Below are positions 63,298-64,000 of a stretch of DNA of 64,000 nt, in pieces (the stretch's first letter is position 1; every line of letters starts with the position of its first letter). The position numbers were made by a program, and so were the translations under genes. This DNA is from Callorhinchus milii (taxonomy: Eukaryota), in NCBI RefSeq assembly GCF_018977255.1, contig NW_024704743.1, forward strand, positions 70,806,001 to 70,870,000, given 5' to 3'. A model generated the notes under the pieces. The model had not been told where the DNA came from and searched no databases. It saw only the letters and a program-made list of their open reading frames with translations.

Positions 63298-64000
63298 ACT
63301 GAATACTTACCAAGAATAGAGGGTAACCAAGAAGACAATGTTAGCGAGTAACTTGGGGGAATTAATATTAGTAAATAAATGGTTTTAGGTAAATTGTCAG
63401 GTCTTAAAACTGATAAATCTCCTGGACCTGATGGCCTACATCCTAGGGTTTTAAAAGAGGTGGCTACTGAGATAGTGGATGGCTTGTCTTTGATCTTCCA
63501 AAACTCTATGGATTCTGGAACGGTTCCCATTGATTGGAAGATTGCAAACGTGACACCACTATTTAAGAAGGGTGGGAGAGAAAAGATGGGGAACTATAGA
63601 CCAGTTAGTCTGACATCAGTGGTAGGGAAAATTCTTAAGTTCTTAATTAAAAATGTCGTTATGGGATTCCTGGAAGACCATAACAAGATTAGGCAGAGTC
63701 AACATGGCTTTACAAAAGGGAAGTCATGCTTAACTAATCTTTTAGAATTTTTTGAAGATGTATCTAGCAGGTTAGATAGGGGGGAACCAGTAGATGTAGT
63801 ATATTTAGATTTTAAAAAGGCATTTGACAAAGTGCCACACAAAAGGCTATTGCACAAGGTTAAGGCCCACGGGATTAATGGGAACATATTAGCATGGATT
63901 GAAGAGTGGCTAATGGATAGAAAACAGAGAGTAGGGATAAACGGGTCATTCTCGAATTGGCAGGATGTGACTTGTGGAGTGCCACAAGGATCAGTGCTTG
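63298..64000 (+). mobile_element. CR1 LINE ORF2 (RT) fragment, 5' truncated, running off the window end
   Basis: Open frame 63379-64000: KSPGPDGLHPRVLKE..DWKIANVTPLFKKG..NYRPVSLTSVVGK..QHGFTKGKSCLTNL..YLDFKKAFDKVPH..GVPQGSVL; in-frame TAA at 63349 and 63376 upstream. Confidence 0.93.

Overview
Vertebrate genomic DNA, not prokaryotic. The repeat content suggests a cartilaginous fish, possibly a holocephalan (inference). The window holds the 3' half of a + strand KCNH8 (Kv12.1/Elk1) potassium channel gene. Nine GT-AG exons splice into one frame of about 716 aa: 3269-3466, 5620-5819, 9256-9505, 20537-20751, 33677-33718, 34162-34520, 37302-37408, 39004-39083 and 53783-54481. They cover the pore loop (SVGFGN), S6, C-linker, CNBHD with the YNL intrinsic ligand, the C-terminal coiled coil and the stop codon. 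Two of these exons are invisible in the ORF track. A putative 3' UTR follows. Introns and the downstream flank are filled with decayed L2 and CR1 LINE fragments, two tRNA-derived SINE families with L2-like tails (one carrying the Deu domain), Penelope-like short elements and palindromic MITE-like elements. Almost all other ORFs in the track are repeat-derived or spurious. I see no new protein-coding system. The best leads are non-coding: (1) a type I hammerhead-ribozyme-like motif with an intact core on the sense strand of the last intron (52409-52473); (2) an unclassified ~1 kb retroposed element with five pieces in the window and a local empty-site paralog; (3) an L2 insertion with a 35-bp target-site duplication and tail repeats at both ends; (4) several inverted-repeat pairs near channel exons; (5) a 3' UTR G-quadruplex. 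Repeat boundaries were set by eye and are approximate.
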